Made by a program: the position numbers and the translations under genes. Of a DNA stretch of 64,000 nucleotides, positions 38,705 to 49,600 are shown piece by piece; the stretch's first letter is position 1; each line of letters begins with the position of its first letter. Source of the DNA: an uncultured delta proteobacterium (GTDB lineage Bacteria; Myxococcota_A; Polyangia; Fen-1088); the NCBI GenBank assembly GCA_963796685.1, contig CAWCMR010000026.1:32001-96000 (forward strand). The letters are read 5' to 3'. The notes beneath the pieces are model-generated. The model did no database searches, was not told the origin of the DNA, and saw nothing but the letters and a program-made list of their open reading frames with translations.

Positions 38705-39034
38705 TCACATGCCGCCGTGGAAGCGACCAAAGCCACGGGCGAGCATGATCGACATGGCCAAAACGCCCGCACCGAGGACGACCACGTGCTTGGTGTTGCG
38801 CAGATCGAATTTTCCGACGCGGCACACGAGCAGGTAGCCGATGGCCAGGTTGAACAGGCCCCACAGGACGTTGACCGTGGACGACGACAGCCCTTCCCCT
38901 GGCGGCGACGCGAATGGGCTCTGGAACGGGTGTCCCGAGATTCCATTTCCAAGATGCGGAAGCGTGTTCGCGAGGAAGGCCCCTCCGAAAAAGTACGCCA
39001 AGTGGTGGTACCAACGCATTCTTGTCTCCGCCAT
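38705..39034 (-). CDS. Small membrane protein
   Basis: MRWYH.LAYFFGGAFLAN..PH...G.SG.PFQSPFA.PPG.GLSSS.VNVLWG; about 3 TM helices. Confidence 0.8.
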   Translation of the reverse strand: MAETRMRWYHHLAYFFGGAFLANTLPHLGNGISGHPFQSPFASPPGEGLSSSTVNVLWGLFNLAIGYLLVCRVGKFDLRNTKHVVVLGAGVLAMSIMLARGFGRFHGGM

Positions 39035-39269
39035 GATCGACCGCCACTTTCCCGCCAGGATTCATGCGTGTCAAGGCGCGCCGGGGTCCGTGGGCGTGTT
39101 TCCTTCAAGATGGTGGGCGCATCGGGGGTTGGTTGACATCGCGGACATGGTCCATCGACTGCGCTGGATTATCAAGGTGTAGCCGTTTCCAGTGCAGACT
39201 CCGCTTCGATCTACCCCTTGAGTACGGCGGCATCTGGTGAGAGGATCTTCCATCTTGCGAATCCTGACC

Positions 39270-40260
39270 ATGACCACACCTTGCGGACGCTGTAGCCTGG
39301 CAATCCTTCTGCTCGGCTTGGCCGCATGTTTCTCCACGGGGAACGGTTCAGGTGGCGGTAAAGATCCTGGGATGGTTGGCGGAACGCCTGGTAGCGGAGG
39401 CGTTTTGGGGACCGGTGGCTTGCCCGGTTCAGGAGGGGCGTTCAGCGGCATAGGCGGAGCCGTTGGTAGCGGTGGTGACAGCCTGGATGTGGCAAGTCAG
39501 GCCTTTGATGCCGACGCCTACCCCGCGCTGCAGATCTTGCAGGTGCAAGTGCTGAGCGGTGGAACCTGCGCCGTACCCGCAGTCCCGACCGGCACCCATC
39601 GGAGACTCGGGCGTGCTCGACCTCGCCCTGCCGGACGGGTCGTCGCCGCCTTACTACCTTCCAGTCGTCGTCGCCAACAATCTCGATGCTTCTGCCGGCT
39701 CAGCCGCTACCGAGACAAACGACCTTACCCTCACCCACTTCACCGTCGAGCTTTCGGCTCCTGGTGTCACCTGGAGCGCGGCGTGTCCCGCGAGGTTCGA
39801 TACCCAAGCCATCACCGAGACGATCCCACCCGGCGGCTCGGTGGGCGTCTCGATGGACATCATCGTCTCCGCTCACTCTCAGTGCCTGCAGGCGCAGCTT
39901 TCGCAACAGGGTCTCGCGGTCACCGCCAAGATCACGGCCAGTGGACACCATGGCGGGACGGCCATCGAAAGTGCACCCTTCGTCTTCTCCATCAACGTAT
40001 GCGCTGGCTGCCTGCAACAGGGCTTCAGCGACCCGGCCCTCAAACCGTACCAGTACCCGGCCGACCTTCCGGCGTGCTCGGCCCTGACCGGAAACAATCC
40101 GTACACCGGCAATCCGTGCCTTCCGCCAGGCCAGGACAGCCCAATCCTTTGTTGCCTCTTGCCCGCCACGACAGGTGGAACGCCCAAGGGCGTCGCCGTG
40201 TGCCCTGGCGTGTTCAACGGGACAGGTTCGAGCGATGCCTCCGTTTCCAGCGACCGTTGA
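39270..40260 (+). CDS. Gly-rich lipoprotein with Cys-rich C-terminal domain (one extra base near 39604)
   Basis: Lipobox LAAC, Gly stalk, continues into ORF 39559..40260 (DSGVLDLAL...F.F.I.VC.GCL). Confidence 0.7.
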
Positions 40261-40268
40261 GGCCGCAA

Positions 40269-43010
40269 GTGGCCCATCCGCGGCCTCTCGAACCACAGGA
40301 GCGCGATAGCCAAGTCTTGGCCGACCTACGACTGATCCCTTGCCTGACGCCGCACGGCCGACTCTTGCTCTCTCCGTCGGACGACGCGCCCGCGCTCGAG
40401 CCCAAGTTTGGCGAGCGCATCCAGCGGGCGTTTGCTCGTGGCGCGGGACGCGGGCTCTTGAGGCTTGGCGCGGCCGAGGTGGAGGCGGTGGTCCCTCCGG
40501 TCTTCGCCTTTTGGCGCGAATTCGCCGGCCGATTCGTGGCCGCGCTTTGTGCCCGACTCGACGTCGAGCGCCAGCCGGAGCTGCCGCCGCCTCCCGACGA
40601 CATCGAAGCGCTTGCCGCCTCGGCTCCCGTGATGCCGGGGGCCGAATACCTGACGGCCGACGTCCTCACTTCGCTCTGGGCGGAGATCGGCGCGGCCTTT
40701 CTGGTCGAGCTGGCCGAGGCAAAGGTCACGGTCCAGGAGCTCCTCAAGAGTCTTCACCCTGCCTGGAACGTCGTGGGCAAGGTGCACTTCAATCTTGCCG
40801 AGAATCGCAAGGACGAAGAGGCGCCGTTCGCTTTTCTGGCCACCTACACGCACCGGCTGTCGGCGCACGGCAAGGCCCAGCACCTGCCGCTCGGCCAGGC
40901 GCTACGGGAGTACGCGGGCGCGGCCAACAAGGAAAAGCTGCTCTCGCTCCTGCTGCCGGTCCAGCGCGCGGCGGAGTCCTGCTCGTGGCTGAAACGGATG
41001 GTCGACGCCGGCGAGATCTTCCACCCCCTGCGCTGGTCGCCGCGGGAGGCCTTTCAGTTCCTGGGCGACGTGCCCGAGCTCGAGCGCGCCGGCGTGGTCG
41101 TTCGCATGCCCGCGACCTGGCGGACTGGACGCCCGTCCCGTCCGCAGGTGACGGCCACCGTCGGGACGAAGGCGGCGGCGTCACTGGGGCAGGACGCCCT
41201 GCTGGATTTTCGCATGGAGGTCACGCTCGACGGTGAGAGCCTGAGCGCCCGCGAGGTGAAGGACATCCTGGCCAGCGCCCATGGGCTCGCTCTCATTCGC
41301 GGGCAATGGGTCGAGATCGACAGCGAGCGCCTGAAGCGGACCATGGTCCAATTCGAGGAGGCACAGCGGCTCGCGGCCAAGGATGGGCTGACGTTCGCCG
41401 AGGCCATGCGCATGCTCGCGGGCGTGGGCGCCACCACGGAGCTCGCGGCGGCCAGCACGGATCCCGATTGGTCGCGCGTCGTCGCCGGTCCGTGGCTGGC
41501 CGAAACGCTCAAGGGGCTGCGCTCGCCCGAGGAGCTGGCGAAGATCGATCCGGGCCGCGCGCTGCACGGCACGCTCCGTCCCTATCAGCAGGTCGGCGTG
41601 CGCTGGCTGCACTTGCTTGCGCGTCTGGGCCTCGGCGCGTGCCTGGCCGACGACATGGGCCTTGGCAAGACCATCCAGATCCTGTCGCTGTTGCTGGTGT
41701 TGCGTGGCGAGGCGAGAGGCAAGCGGCAGCCCAGCCTACTGGTGGCGCCGGCCTCGCTGCTCGCCAACTGGGCCGATGAAATCAAACGCTTTGCGCCCGG
41801 GCTCACGGCGCTGATCGCGCACACGTCCGCCATGTCCGCGGCCGAGCTGGCATCGCTGTCGCACGAGCGACTCGCGGAGGTCGATCTCGTGATCACGAGC
41901 TACGGCTCGCTCTTGCGCGTCCCGTGGCTCGCGACCGCCAAGTGGAAGCTTGCCGTTCTGGACGAGGCCCAGGCCATCAAGAATCCGGGCGCCAAGCAGA
42001 CCCATGCCGCCAAGAAGCTCGCGGCGCAGGCACGCATCGCGCTTACCGGCACGCCCATCGAGAACCGGCTGGGCGACCTGTGGTCGATCTTCGACTTCTG
42101 CAATCCGGGGCTGCTCGGCTCGGCCAAGGAGTTCGGAAGCTACACCAAGGGCCTGGCGGACAAGCCTCACAATCCCTACGGCCCTCTGCGCGAGCTGGTA
42201 CGGCCATACATCTTGCGGCGGCTCAAGACCGACAAGACGGTCATTTCGGATCTGCCGGACAAGACCGAGGTGAAGGCATTTTGTCCGCTCAGTCGGAAGC
42301 AGGCCGCGCTCTACCAACAGGCCGTCAAGGAGCTCGGCGAACAACTCGAGGACGCCGAGGGCATTCGCCGCAAGGGACTGGTGCTGTCCTTTCTCATGCG
42401 CTTCAAACAGATCTGCAATCACCCTTCGCAGTGGCTAGGCGACGGTGCGTGGGGCGAAGACGATAGCGGCAAGTGGGCGCGCCTGCGCGAGCTCGGCGAG
42501 GTCATCGCCGCCAAGCAGGAGAAGGCGCTGGTGTTCACCCAGTTCCGCGAGGTGACCGCGCCGTTGGCGTCGTTCTTGGGAGGCGTGTTCGGCCGTCCCG
42601 GCCTGGTCTTGCACGGCGAAACCGAGGTCAAGAAACGCAAAGATCTTGTCCGGCGCTTTCAAGAGGACGAATCGGTTCCGTTCTTCGTGCTGTCGCTCAA
42701 AGCCGGCGGGTCGGGGCTGAACCTCACCGCGGCCTCGCACGTGGTGCACTTCGATCGCTGGTGGAACCCGGCTGTCGAGAACCAGGCCACCGACCGGGCT
42801 TTCCGCATCGGACAGACGAAGAACGTCATGGTCCACAAGTTCGTGTGCCGAGGAACCGTCGAAGAGAAAATAGACGAGCTCATCGAATCGAAGAAACAGC
42901 TCTCGCAGGAATTGCTAGAAGGCAGCGGTGAGCTGAACCTGACCGAGCTGAAGGACGACGAGCTGCTGCGGCTCGTCGCCCTCGATCTCAAAGCCGCAAT
43001 GAAGGAGTGA
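40269..43010 (+). CDS. SNF2-family (SWI2/SNF2) helicase
   Basis: LRPYQ..G, LADDMGLGKT, LDEAQAIKN, LTGTPIEN, GG.GLNLT.ASHV.HFDRWWNPAVENQATDRA.RIGQ; start approximate. Confidence 0.93.
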   Translation: MAHPRPLEPQERDSQVLADLRLIPCLTPHGRLLLSPSDDAPALEPKFGERIQRAFARGAGRGLLRLGAAEVEAVVPPVFAFWREFAGRFVAALCARLDVERQPELPPPPDDIEALAASAPVMPGAEYLTADVLTSLWAEIGAAFLVELAEAKVTVQELLKSLHPAWNVVGKVHFNLAENRKDEEAPFAFLATYTHRLSAHGKAQHLPLGQALREYAGAANKEKLLSLLLPVQRAAESCSWLKRMVDAGEIFHPLRWSPREAFQFLGDVPELERAGVVVRMPATWRTGRPSRPQVTATVGTKAAASLGQDALLDFRMEVTLDGESLSAREVKDILASAHGLALIRGQWVEIDSERLKRTMVQFEEAQRLAAKDGLTFAEAMRMLAGVGATTELAAASTDPDWSRVVAGPWLAETLKGLRSPEELAKIDPGRALHGTLRPYQQVGVRWLHLLARLGLGACLADDMGLGKTIQILSLLLVLRGEARGKRQPSLLVAPASLLANWADEIKRFAPGLTALIAHTSAMSAAELASLSHERLAEVDLVITSYGSLLRVPWLATAKWKLAVLDEAQAIKNPGAKQTHAAKKLAAQARIALTGTPIENRLGDLWSIFDFCNPGLLGSAKEFGSYTKGLADKPHNPYGPLRELVRPYILRRLKTDKTVISDLPDKTEVKAFCPLSRKQAALYQQAVKELGEQLEDAEGIRRKGLVLSFLMRFKQICNHPSQWLGDGAWGEDDSGKWARLRELGEVIAAKQEKALVFTQFREVTAPLASFLGGVFGRPGLVLHGETEVKKRKDLVRRFQEDESVPFFVLSLKAGGSGLNLTAASHVVHFDRWWNPAVENQATDRAFRIGQTKNVMVHKFVCRGTVEEKIDELIESKKQLSQELLEGSGELNLTELKDDELLRLVALDLKAAMKE

Positions 43011-43013
43011 TGC

Positions 43014-43838
43014 ATGTTCTACGAGTGGCGTCCCTATGTTTCCGTGGCCGAGCGGCGGCGCAAGGCCGCGCGCGAGATGGCGAAGCTTGCCAAGAAAGGC
43101 CACCCGGTCTCGCCGGTGGCGATCGAGGGTCGCGCGATTGCCAAGACCTTCTGGGGAAAATCTTGGTGCGAGAACCTCGAACGCTACAGCGATTACGCCA
43201 ACCGGCTGCCGCGCGGGCGCACCTACGTGCGCAATGGCTCCGTGGTCGACCTGCAAATCACGCCGGGTGAAATCAAGGCGCACGTCAGCGGCTCGGAGAT
43301 GTACCAGGTCGCGATGAACGTGTCGGCGGTGCCCAAGGCGCGGTGGAATGCGATCTGCACCGACTGCGCCGGCGCCATCGACTCGCTGGTGGAGCTTTTG
43401 CAGGGGCGTTTCTCGAAGGGGGTCATGGAACGCATTTGCCAGCAGAAGGTCGGCCTTTTTCCTGCGCCGGCCGAGATCCACTTCACGTGCAGCTGTCCGG
43501 ACTGGGCGTCGATGTGCAAGCACGTCGCGGCCGTGCTCTACGGCATCGGCGCACGCCTCGACGAGCGGCCCGAGCTCCTCTTCAAGTTGCGCAAGGTCGA
43601 CGAGAAGGCGCTCATCGCGAAGGCGGGGAAGGGCGTGCCCCTAGCGAAGAAGGGTCCCGCTGCTGCCAAGGTTCTTGCCAAAGACGGCCTGTCCGAGTTG
43701 TTCGGCCTGGATCTCGGCGCGGGCGAGGCCAAGCAGCCGCAGGCGAAGAAGGCGAGGGCGAAGGCACCGCGGGCGAAGGGGCCGGCGCAGGCAGCGGGGA
43801 AGAAGCGGGGCGCGGCGAAACGTCGAATTCGAACGTGA
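43014..43838 (+). CDS. SWIM zinc finger protein
   Basis: NRL.RGR.Y.R.G.V; CSCPDWA.MCKH.AAVLY. Confidence 0.92.
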   Translation: MFYEWRPYVSVAERRRKAAREMAKLAKKGHPVSPVAIEGRAIAKTFWGKSWCENLERYSDYANRLPRGRTYVRNGSVVDLQITPGEIKAHVSGSEMYQVAMNVSAVPKARWNAICTDCAGAIDSLVELLQGRFSKGVMERICQQKVGLFPAPAEIHFTCSCPDWASMCKHVAAVLYGIGARLDERPELLFKLRKVDEKALIAKAGKGVPLAKKGPAAAKVLAKDGLSELFGLDLGAGEAKQPQAKKARAKAPRAKGPAQAAGKKRGAAKRRIRT

Positions 43839-44086
43839 TGATGACCACGCCGCAGGCCCGCAACCCGCTTCATGGAATCACGCTCGAAATGATCGTGACA
43901 GAGTTGGTCGCGCATTTCGGCTGGCCGGAGCTTGGGCGGCAGGTCAACATCCGCTGCTTCGTGAGCGACCCGAGCATCGGCTCCAGCCTGAAGTTTCTGC
44001 GCCGGACGCCATGGGCACGGGAGAAAGTCGAAAGCTTGTACCTGTTCATGCTGCGGGAACGAGCACGCCAGGCCCGGCGCGCCTGA
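43838..44086 (+). CDS. VF530/DUF2132 family putative DNA-binding protein
   Basis: [10 protein letters not shown]...LV..FGW..LG....[27 protein letters not shown]. Confidence 0.9.
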   Translation: MMTTPQARNPLHGITLEMIVTELVAHFGWPELGRQVNIRCFVSDPSIGSSLKFLRRTPWAREKVESLYLFMLRERARQARRA

Positions 44087-44412
44087 GAGATGGTTGACCG
44101 GGAGAATCGACTGGGTGGGCTTGGGTCGAAGCTGTAGACTGCCAGGATGGTGCCCATGGTCCCAAGGAAAACTCCTCGCGGCAGCACGCGTTCGACCCGA
44201 ATGCCGGGCTCGCCACAGGCCTGGCCATACCTCCCATAGCTGATGGCTCCGAACGAGTGCGCACTGGCCGTTGTGTCGCCGAGTGGGCTCAGCCGCCGCG
44301 GTGGCTGAACCGGAGGTGGACGAAACGCCTCCTCGGTGCGGCTGTGGCGGGCGATTATGAGACTGAGTCGCCGGGACAACTTATGCCGGCGCCATGGTTT
44401 CAGGCCACGTAG

Positions 44413-44456
44413 TGGCAAAAATTGAATTTGCCATCAATCATGCAAAGTGCTATCTT
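44413..44456 (+). promoter_or_regulatory. Sigma70-type promoter with overlapping inverted-repeat operator
   Basis: TTGCCA (44428-44433)-N17-TATCTT (44451-44456) with an extended TG; TGGCAAA-N7-TTTGCCA palindrome covers the -35; ATG 44463 follows directly (leaderless-like). Confidence 0.65.
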
Positions 44457-44462
44457 GAGTGC

Positions 44463-44882
44463 ATGCCGTCCTCCAAAGGTCGAAGGCCTTCGTCTCGCGC
44501 CTCGGCGTCTCGGGGGCCCGTCGTGGTTGCGCGCGCCGCCCCCAAGGCTACGACTTTCCGGCTGGAGCCCACTCTCCAAGCGGGGTTGACCGTACTCGCG
44601 CAACTTACGAAGAAGCCCCTCAATCGATTGGTCAACGAGGCAGTTCAGAGCTTCATTGAAAAGCGTTCGCATGAAGTCGAAGCCGATCTGGAGGCCGCGC
44701 TCAAGCGCTTGAGGGCGGCCCGCAAGAACAATCCCAATTTCGAATCGGCCATTGCTCGTTTCGCTGAAGTGGAGGCAAGTTTGAGCAAGGGCGACCCCGT
44801 GGAGGGCCGCCCGGTTGAGGACGGACGGATGCCGAAGGCAGGACCGGCTCGGACCATGGTTCACGAGCTTCTGCGTGGCTGA
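44463..44882 (+). CDS. Putative antitoxin with ribbon-helix-helix-like N-terminus
   Basis: TTFRL.P.L...L..LA......N.LVNEAV..F; overlaps the downstream Fic gene. Confidence 0.7.
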   Translation: MPSSKGRRPSSRASASRGPVVVARAAPKATTFRLEPTLQAGLTVLAQLTKKPLNRLVNEAVQSFIEKRSHEVEADLEAALKRLRAARKNNPNFESAIARFAEVEASLSKGDPVEGRPVEDGRMPKAGPARTMVHELLRG

Positions 44883-45474
44883 TTGGGACGAAGACAGCCC
44901 GAAGCTGAGGGCGAATCTCGCCAGCGTTCTGCGGAAGGTCCGCGATGCAGCCGTGCGCCGCAATAGTCCAAGTGTTAGCCACACCCTGCAATGGCAAGCC
45001 GACACCATGAATGGGTTGAAGGCGCCCGATGCGAGGTATGTAGGGACCTTCCGCGGGGCCAAGGGCCTTCAAAAAGTACGGGTTTGGCTCGGCTCCCACG
45101 AGGGCGTGGCTCCATCGCGCGTGGCCGGCGAGCTAGCCGAATTCCAGAGGAAGCTGCGGGCGGCTGTGGACAAGCTCGACATGCGTTACCCGGTGGGAGC
45201 GGACCTTGACGTCGACGGTCTAGAGGCCGTCCTAGAGCTTGCCGCCTGGGCGCACGCAGAATGGGTGCGGATACACCCGTTCGCAAATGGCAATGGCCGC
45301 ACGGCACGCCTCTGGGCCAACTACGTATTGATGCGCTACGGGCTACCACCAGTCGTGCGGCTGCGCCCTCGGCCCGACGGTGGCTACGGAGCTGCCGGAG
45401 CTGCGGCCATGGTTGGCGACTGGGAAACGACCGCGGCTGTGTTCAGGAAGCTGCTCCTGGAAGGGTTGACTTAG
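44875..45474 (+). CDS. Fic/Doc family protein (putative toxin)
   Basis: H.EWVRIHPFANGNGRTARL. Confidence 0.9.
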   Translation: MADWDEDSPKLRANLASVLRKVRDAAVRRNSPSVSHTLQWQADTMNGLKAPDARYVGTFRGAKGLQKVRVWLGSHEGVAPSRVAGELAEFQRKLRAAVDKLDMRYPVGADLDVDGLEAVLELAAWAHAEWVRIHPFANGNGRTARLWANYVLMRYGLPPVVRLRPRPDGGYGAAGAAAMVGDWETTAAVFRKLLLEGLT

Positions 45475-45584
45475 CAGCTGATCTGGACACGCCGTGGAGT
45501 TACGGTGACAAGCGCACCGCGGATGGGCGTGCGCTTTGATCGCAGCGCGATCAGCCGCGATCCGTGGCATAAGTCGAAAGCATC

Positions 45585-46160
45585 ATGCACGCAGTCGCCA
45601 TCTCGGGAAGCCCGCGCAAGCACGGCAACACGGAAACCCTACTCCAGCACTGTCTCGACGCTCTGGCCAAGCACGGCGTGAGCGGAGAGCTGATCCCCCT
45701 GCGCGACAAGACCATCAAGGGCTGCCGCGCCTGCGAAATCTGCCGCAAGAACAAAGACGGGCGTTGCAACACCCGCGACGACGACTTCCATCCCGTGTTC
45801 GAGGCCATGCTCAAGGCCGACATCATCGTGGTCGGCTCGCCGGTCTACTTTGGCTCGGCCACGCCCGAGATGATGGCCCTGCTCGATCGCGCCGGCTATG
45901 TGGCCAAGGTCAACGGCGATCTCTTCTCGCGCAAGCTGGGCGGCCCGGTCGCCGTCGCCCGCCGCGCCGGCCACAACTTCACCTACGCCCAGCTTCTCTT
46001 CTGGTTCCTGATCAACGACATGATCGTGCCCGGCGCTGGCTACTGGAACGTCGGCCTCGCGCGCAAGGTGGGCGAGATCGAGGACGACAAGGAAGCCCTG
46101 GCCACCGTCGAGCGCTTCGCCGAGAACCTGGCCTGGCTGGCGGCCAGAACGGCGGCGTAG
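45585..46160 (+). CDS. Iron-sulfur flavoprotein (Isf-like) / NADPH-dependent FMN reductase
   Basis: ISGSPRK.GNT, CRACEICRKNKDGRC (CxxCxxCx7C), GSPVYFG. Confidence 0.92.
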   Translation: MHAVAISGSPRKHGNTETLLQHCLDALAKHGVSGELIPLRDKTIKGCRACEICRKNKDGRCNTRDDDFHPVFEAMLKADIIVVGSPVYFGSATPEMMALLDRAGYVAKVNGDLFSRKLGGPVAVARRAGHNFTYAQLLFWFLINDMIVPGAGYWNVGLARKVGEIEDDKEALATVERFAENLAWLAARTAA

Positions 46161-46184
46161 ACGGCGGCGTAGCCCCGGTCGGCT

Positions 46185-46625
46185 CTACCCCTGTCGCACG
46201 GTCGGCGCGGGCATCTCCGGCGGCTTTCTCGCGGGTAGGAACGCCTCGATGGTTTCGACGTGCGCTCGGAATCGACCGGTGCCGTCCGTAACCACCAGCC
46301 CGAGGTTCTTCAGCTCGGCGAGATCGCGTCTGAGCGTCTTTTGAGTTCGATCTGCGTACAGCCTGGCCAGGTGCGGGCTGAGCAGCGAAATCTCTCCGGG
46401 CGTGAGCGCCTTTCGGCGGTCTGGAGGCGACATCTCGATGATGAGCTCGCGGCGACGCTTGACCACGGCCGCGCCGCCTCCAGCGGTACGGAGGCGGTCA
46501 TAGACGAAGTTGATCCATGCCACCTGAAGCTGCTGATCATGGATGAGGTTGATCTGGTCGCGCAGCCCGTCGACGAACCCCTGCATGGCGTAGCGGATGA
46601 ACGGGATCACGTCACCGCCCGACCG
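46185..46625 (-). pseudogene. C-terminal remnant of a Fic-family protein with winged helix
   Basis: GGDVIPFIRYA..GFVDGLR.Q...I..QQ..VAW.NFV and KTL.RDL..L...GLV; no catalytic motif and no credible start. Confidence 0.55.
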
Positions 46626-46639
46626 ACTGGGAGACCTTC

Positions 46640-49600
46640 CTACGGCCCCACGACCACCACCCGGCTCTTTCCGCATCCAGCCGGCTCTACCCGTACCTGT
46701 GCGCCGAATCGTTCTTGGAGCTCGGGCACGTGGGAGATGATGCCCACGGTGCGCCCGGTGGCTTGAAGATTCTCGAGGGCGACCATGGCGTGGTCGAGGG
46801 TGTCGCGGTCGAGGGTTCCGAAGCCCTCGTCGATGAAGAGGGTCTGGGCTTGAGTGGCGCGGGTAGACATACCAGAAAGCCCGAGAGCGAGGGCGAGGGA
46901 CGCCAAGAAGAGCTCGCCGCCCGAGAGGCTGTTGATGGTGCGCACCTCACTGCCGAGATCCTGGTCTGCCACCTGCAGCTCCAGCGCAGCCCCGGCCACC
47001 GACATCAGCCGGTAGCGAGGGGCGAGGTCTGCAAGGTGGGCGTTGGCTTCCCTTACGAGGGCCTCGAAGGCCAAGCTCTGGGCAAAGACACGAAACTTCT
47101 TGCCGTCTGCTGAACCGATCACCTCGTCCAGTTGTTCCCAGATCCTGCTCGACTGCTCCTGTGCATGCGCTTCGGCCTGGGCGCCGGCTCGGCCGGTCTT
47201 CAGGTCGTCGTCTTGCTTCTGCTTGGCCCCAAGCTCGATCCGTTTCTGGTCAAGGTCGTCCACCTGTGCCCGCGTGCTCGCAACGCGCGCCTGCGCGACT
47301 TCGTGGTCGCCCTCGGGGCGCCCCTTGGCCGCGTGCCCGTCGAGGCTGCGCTGCCGTTCATCGCGGGTTGCGGAGTCGCGGGTCACCTCTGCGCGGAGGG
47401 CATCCAAATCCTTGCGTTGGCTAGCAATCCACGTCTCGTCGTGGACCAGTCTCTCCTCGAGCTTGCGCCGATCCATGCCCAGTCCTGCCAGTGCGACGTC
47501 GAGGGCGAGCTCGGCGCTCGCTGCCTCCTGGTCAGCTTCATGGAGCGCTCTTGCTGCTGCTTTCTCGTCTGCCTGAGCAACGGCCAGGGTTGTGACCGCC
47601 TCTGCGTGCGCGGTGCGCGCCGATTCGTGGCCGTTCGTTGCATCCTCGATCAAGGCCTTCAGCTCGGTTTCGACGTCCGATGCGGTCCGGCCTTGGAGCA
47701 GCGCCGCTCGTTTCGCTTGCAGGGCGGTCAATGCGGTCTCTTGCTCCAGCAGGGCCGCGGTCGAGCTCTCGAGGTTAGTCTGGCGCTCGCCGAGCAGGGT
47801 CCGGCTTGTTTCGTGACTTGCGCGCAGTGTGGCGAGCCTGTCAGTCGCGGTCACAAGTCGTTGCTGGCATGCCTCGAATTCTCGAGTACGGTCCTGGCAG
47901 CTTTCGAGGAAAACGTCCGGTTTTTGGCGAGCTGCCACGACCCAGTCCGACTGCCAGCTCATGACGGGAGCGAGGAGCGTTTCGATACCGTCGCGCTCTT
48001 CCGCCAGTCTGGTCCGGTCTTCAAGCAGGCGACCGATCGTCGCGGTCAGCTCCTGTTCCTGCTTGACGTATACGTCGTGTGTGTCGACGGCTGCGCTCCA
48101 CTTGGTGCGCGCACTATCAAGCCCCGCGCGTGCCTGGTCCCGTGCACTGGCAAGCTCGAGGGCGCGCCGCTCGTCGCTCTCGGCTTGGTCGTAATTGGCC
48201 TGCGCCTGCTCGATTTTGGCCTTGATGGTTGCGCTCGCCTGCGCAGCCAATCCCGGCAGGTCCGGCGCCAGGGATGCCGCCAGGGCGTGATAGTCGTGCT
48301 GCGCCTGCTCCGCCTGGGCGACCGACTCATTTGCCGCGTTCTCGGCGTTGCCTGCGTTGGTGCGCGCTACCGCCTGCGCCGCCTCGGCCTCGCTGCGGGA
48401 ATCTTGGAGTCTCCCGCCCGAGGCGCTCCAGCTCGAGGACCCGCGCTTCAAGCACCCCAATCGCGGTTGAGGCAGGGCTTCCGTGCGTGTACGGGTGATC
48501 TGGCGATCCGCAGAGCGGGCATGCCTGGCCATCCTCGAGCAATGCCCGCTGCTCGTCGAAGGATAGCGCGGCCCGAGTGGTAGCGACGGCCAAGCGGGCT
48601 TCGGCCGTGCGCAGGAGACATTCGTCGAGATCACCGGCCAGGTGCGCGGCTTCCAGACGTGCACGCTCCTTGGCCGCGCGAAACTGCGTGGCTTGCGCCC
48701 ACGCGGTGGCGCGTGCGTCTTGGGCAGACCGCGCGCGCTCTACGATCGCGGCAAGCTCTTCGAGCTTGTCCAGGTCGTGTCGCAGGCCTGTCGTGCGTGT
48801 CCTCAATTCGGCCAGATCGCGGCCTGCAAACGCTGCTTCGGCCGCTTCCCAATGCGTTTGGGCTGTTTTGAACAGCTCCTCGGCTTCGGATGCGATGGTC
48901 GCCGCTTTGCCGCGCTCTCGACCGGCGTCCTTGGCCGCTTCCTCTGCGGTCGCCAACTTCGTGGCGATGGTGGCGAGCACTTGTCCGATGCCAGCGTGTC
49001 TGCCCAGCTCTGCCTGCCAACGCGGCCATTCAGCGGAAAGTTGGCCTTCGGCGACGTGGGTGGCGAGCCACTGCCCGACTTCGGAGCGCTCGGCTTCGCA
49101 TTCGGTGATTTCTTTCGCCAGTCCTTCCATTTCGCTGCGGCCCTGCTCGACCAGATTGCGAAGCCTTTCGCATTCCGCACGGGCTGCGGCGGCGGTCTTC
49201 CGAGCAGGATCGATTTGCGAATCCACGTACTTCGCCTCGTCTATCTGGGGGCGCAGGGCTGCCTCGTGCTCGCGCGCGATCTTGAGCGCGGCTTCCGACT
49301 TGTCGAAGGCTTGCACGGCCTTCTCGAGATCGAGGTTGGCTCGTTCCAGCTTGAGGCTAATCTGGCCGAGCGCCTCTTTGGCCTTGCCCTGCATAGCTAT
49401 TGCCTTTGCCGCCGCATCTCGGGTCGCGCGAAGCGGCTGTGCGGCCGAAACCGCCTGGACTTCCTTTTCCAGCGGCTCGGCAAGTGCCAGACGTTGCTCT
49501 GCATCCGAGAGCGCGCCGGATGCCGATTCGACAGCGGTGATGAGAGCTGCTTGTCGCTCATGCCAGCCGAGGTCGCGCTCGGCTCCTTCCATGTTTGCCC

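Noticed and set aside
39237-43010. Apparent lipoprotein-SNF2 helicase fusion (1257 aa)
   Set aside because: The middle section is off-frame nonsense; the lipoprotein continues in ORF 39559..40260 and the helicase starts near 40269
4390-48420. Programmed ribosomal frameshifting at the six shift sites
   Set aside because: No common slippery heptamer or stop-adjacent shift motif, and the genes are unrelated; sequencing error is simpler
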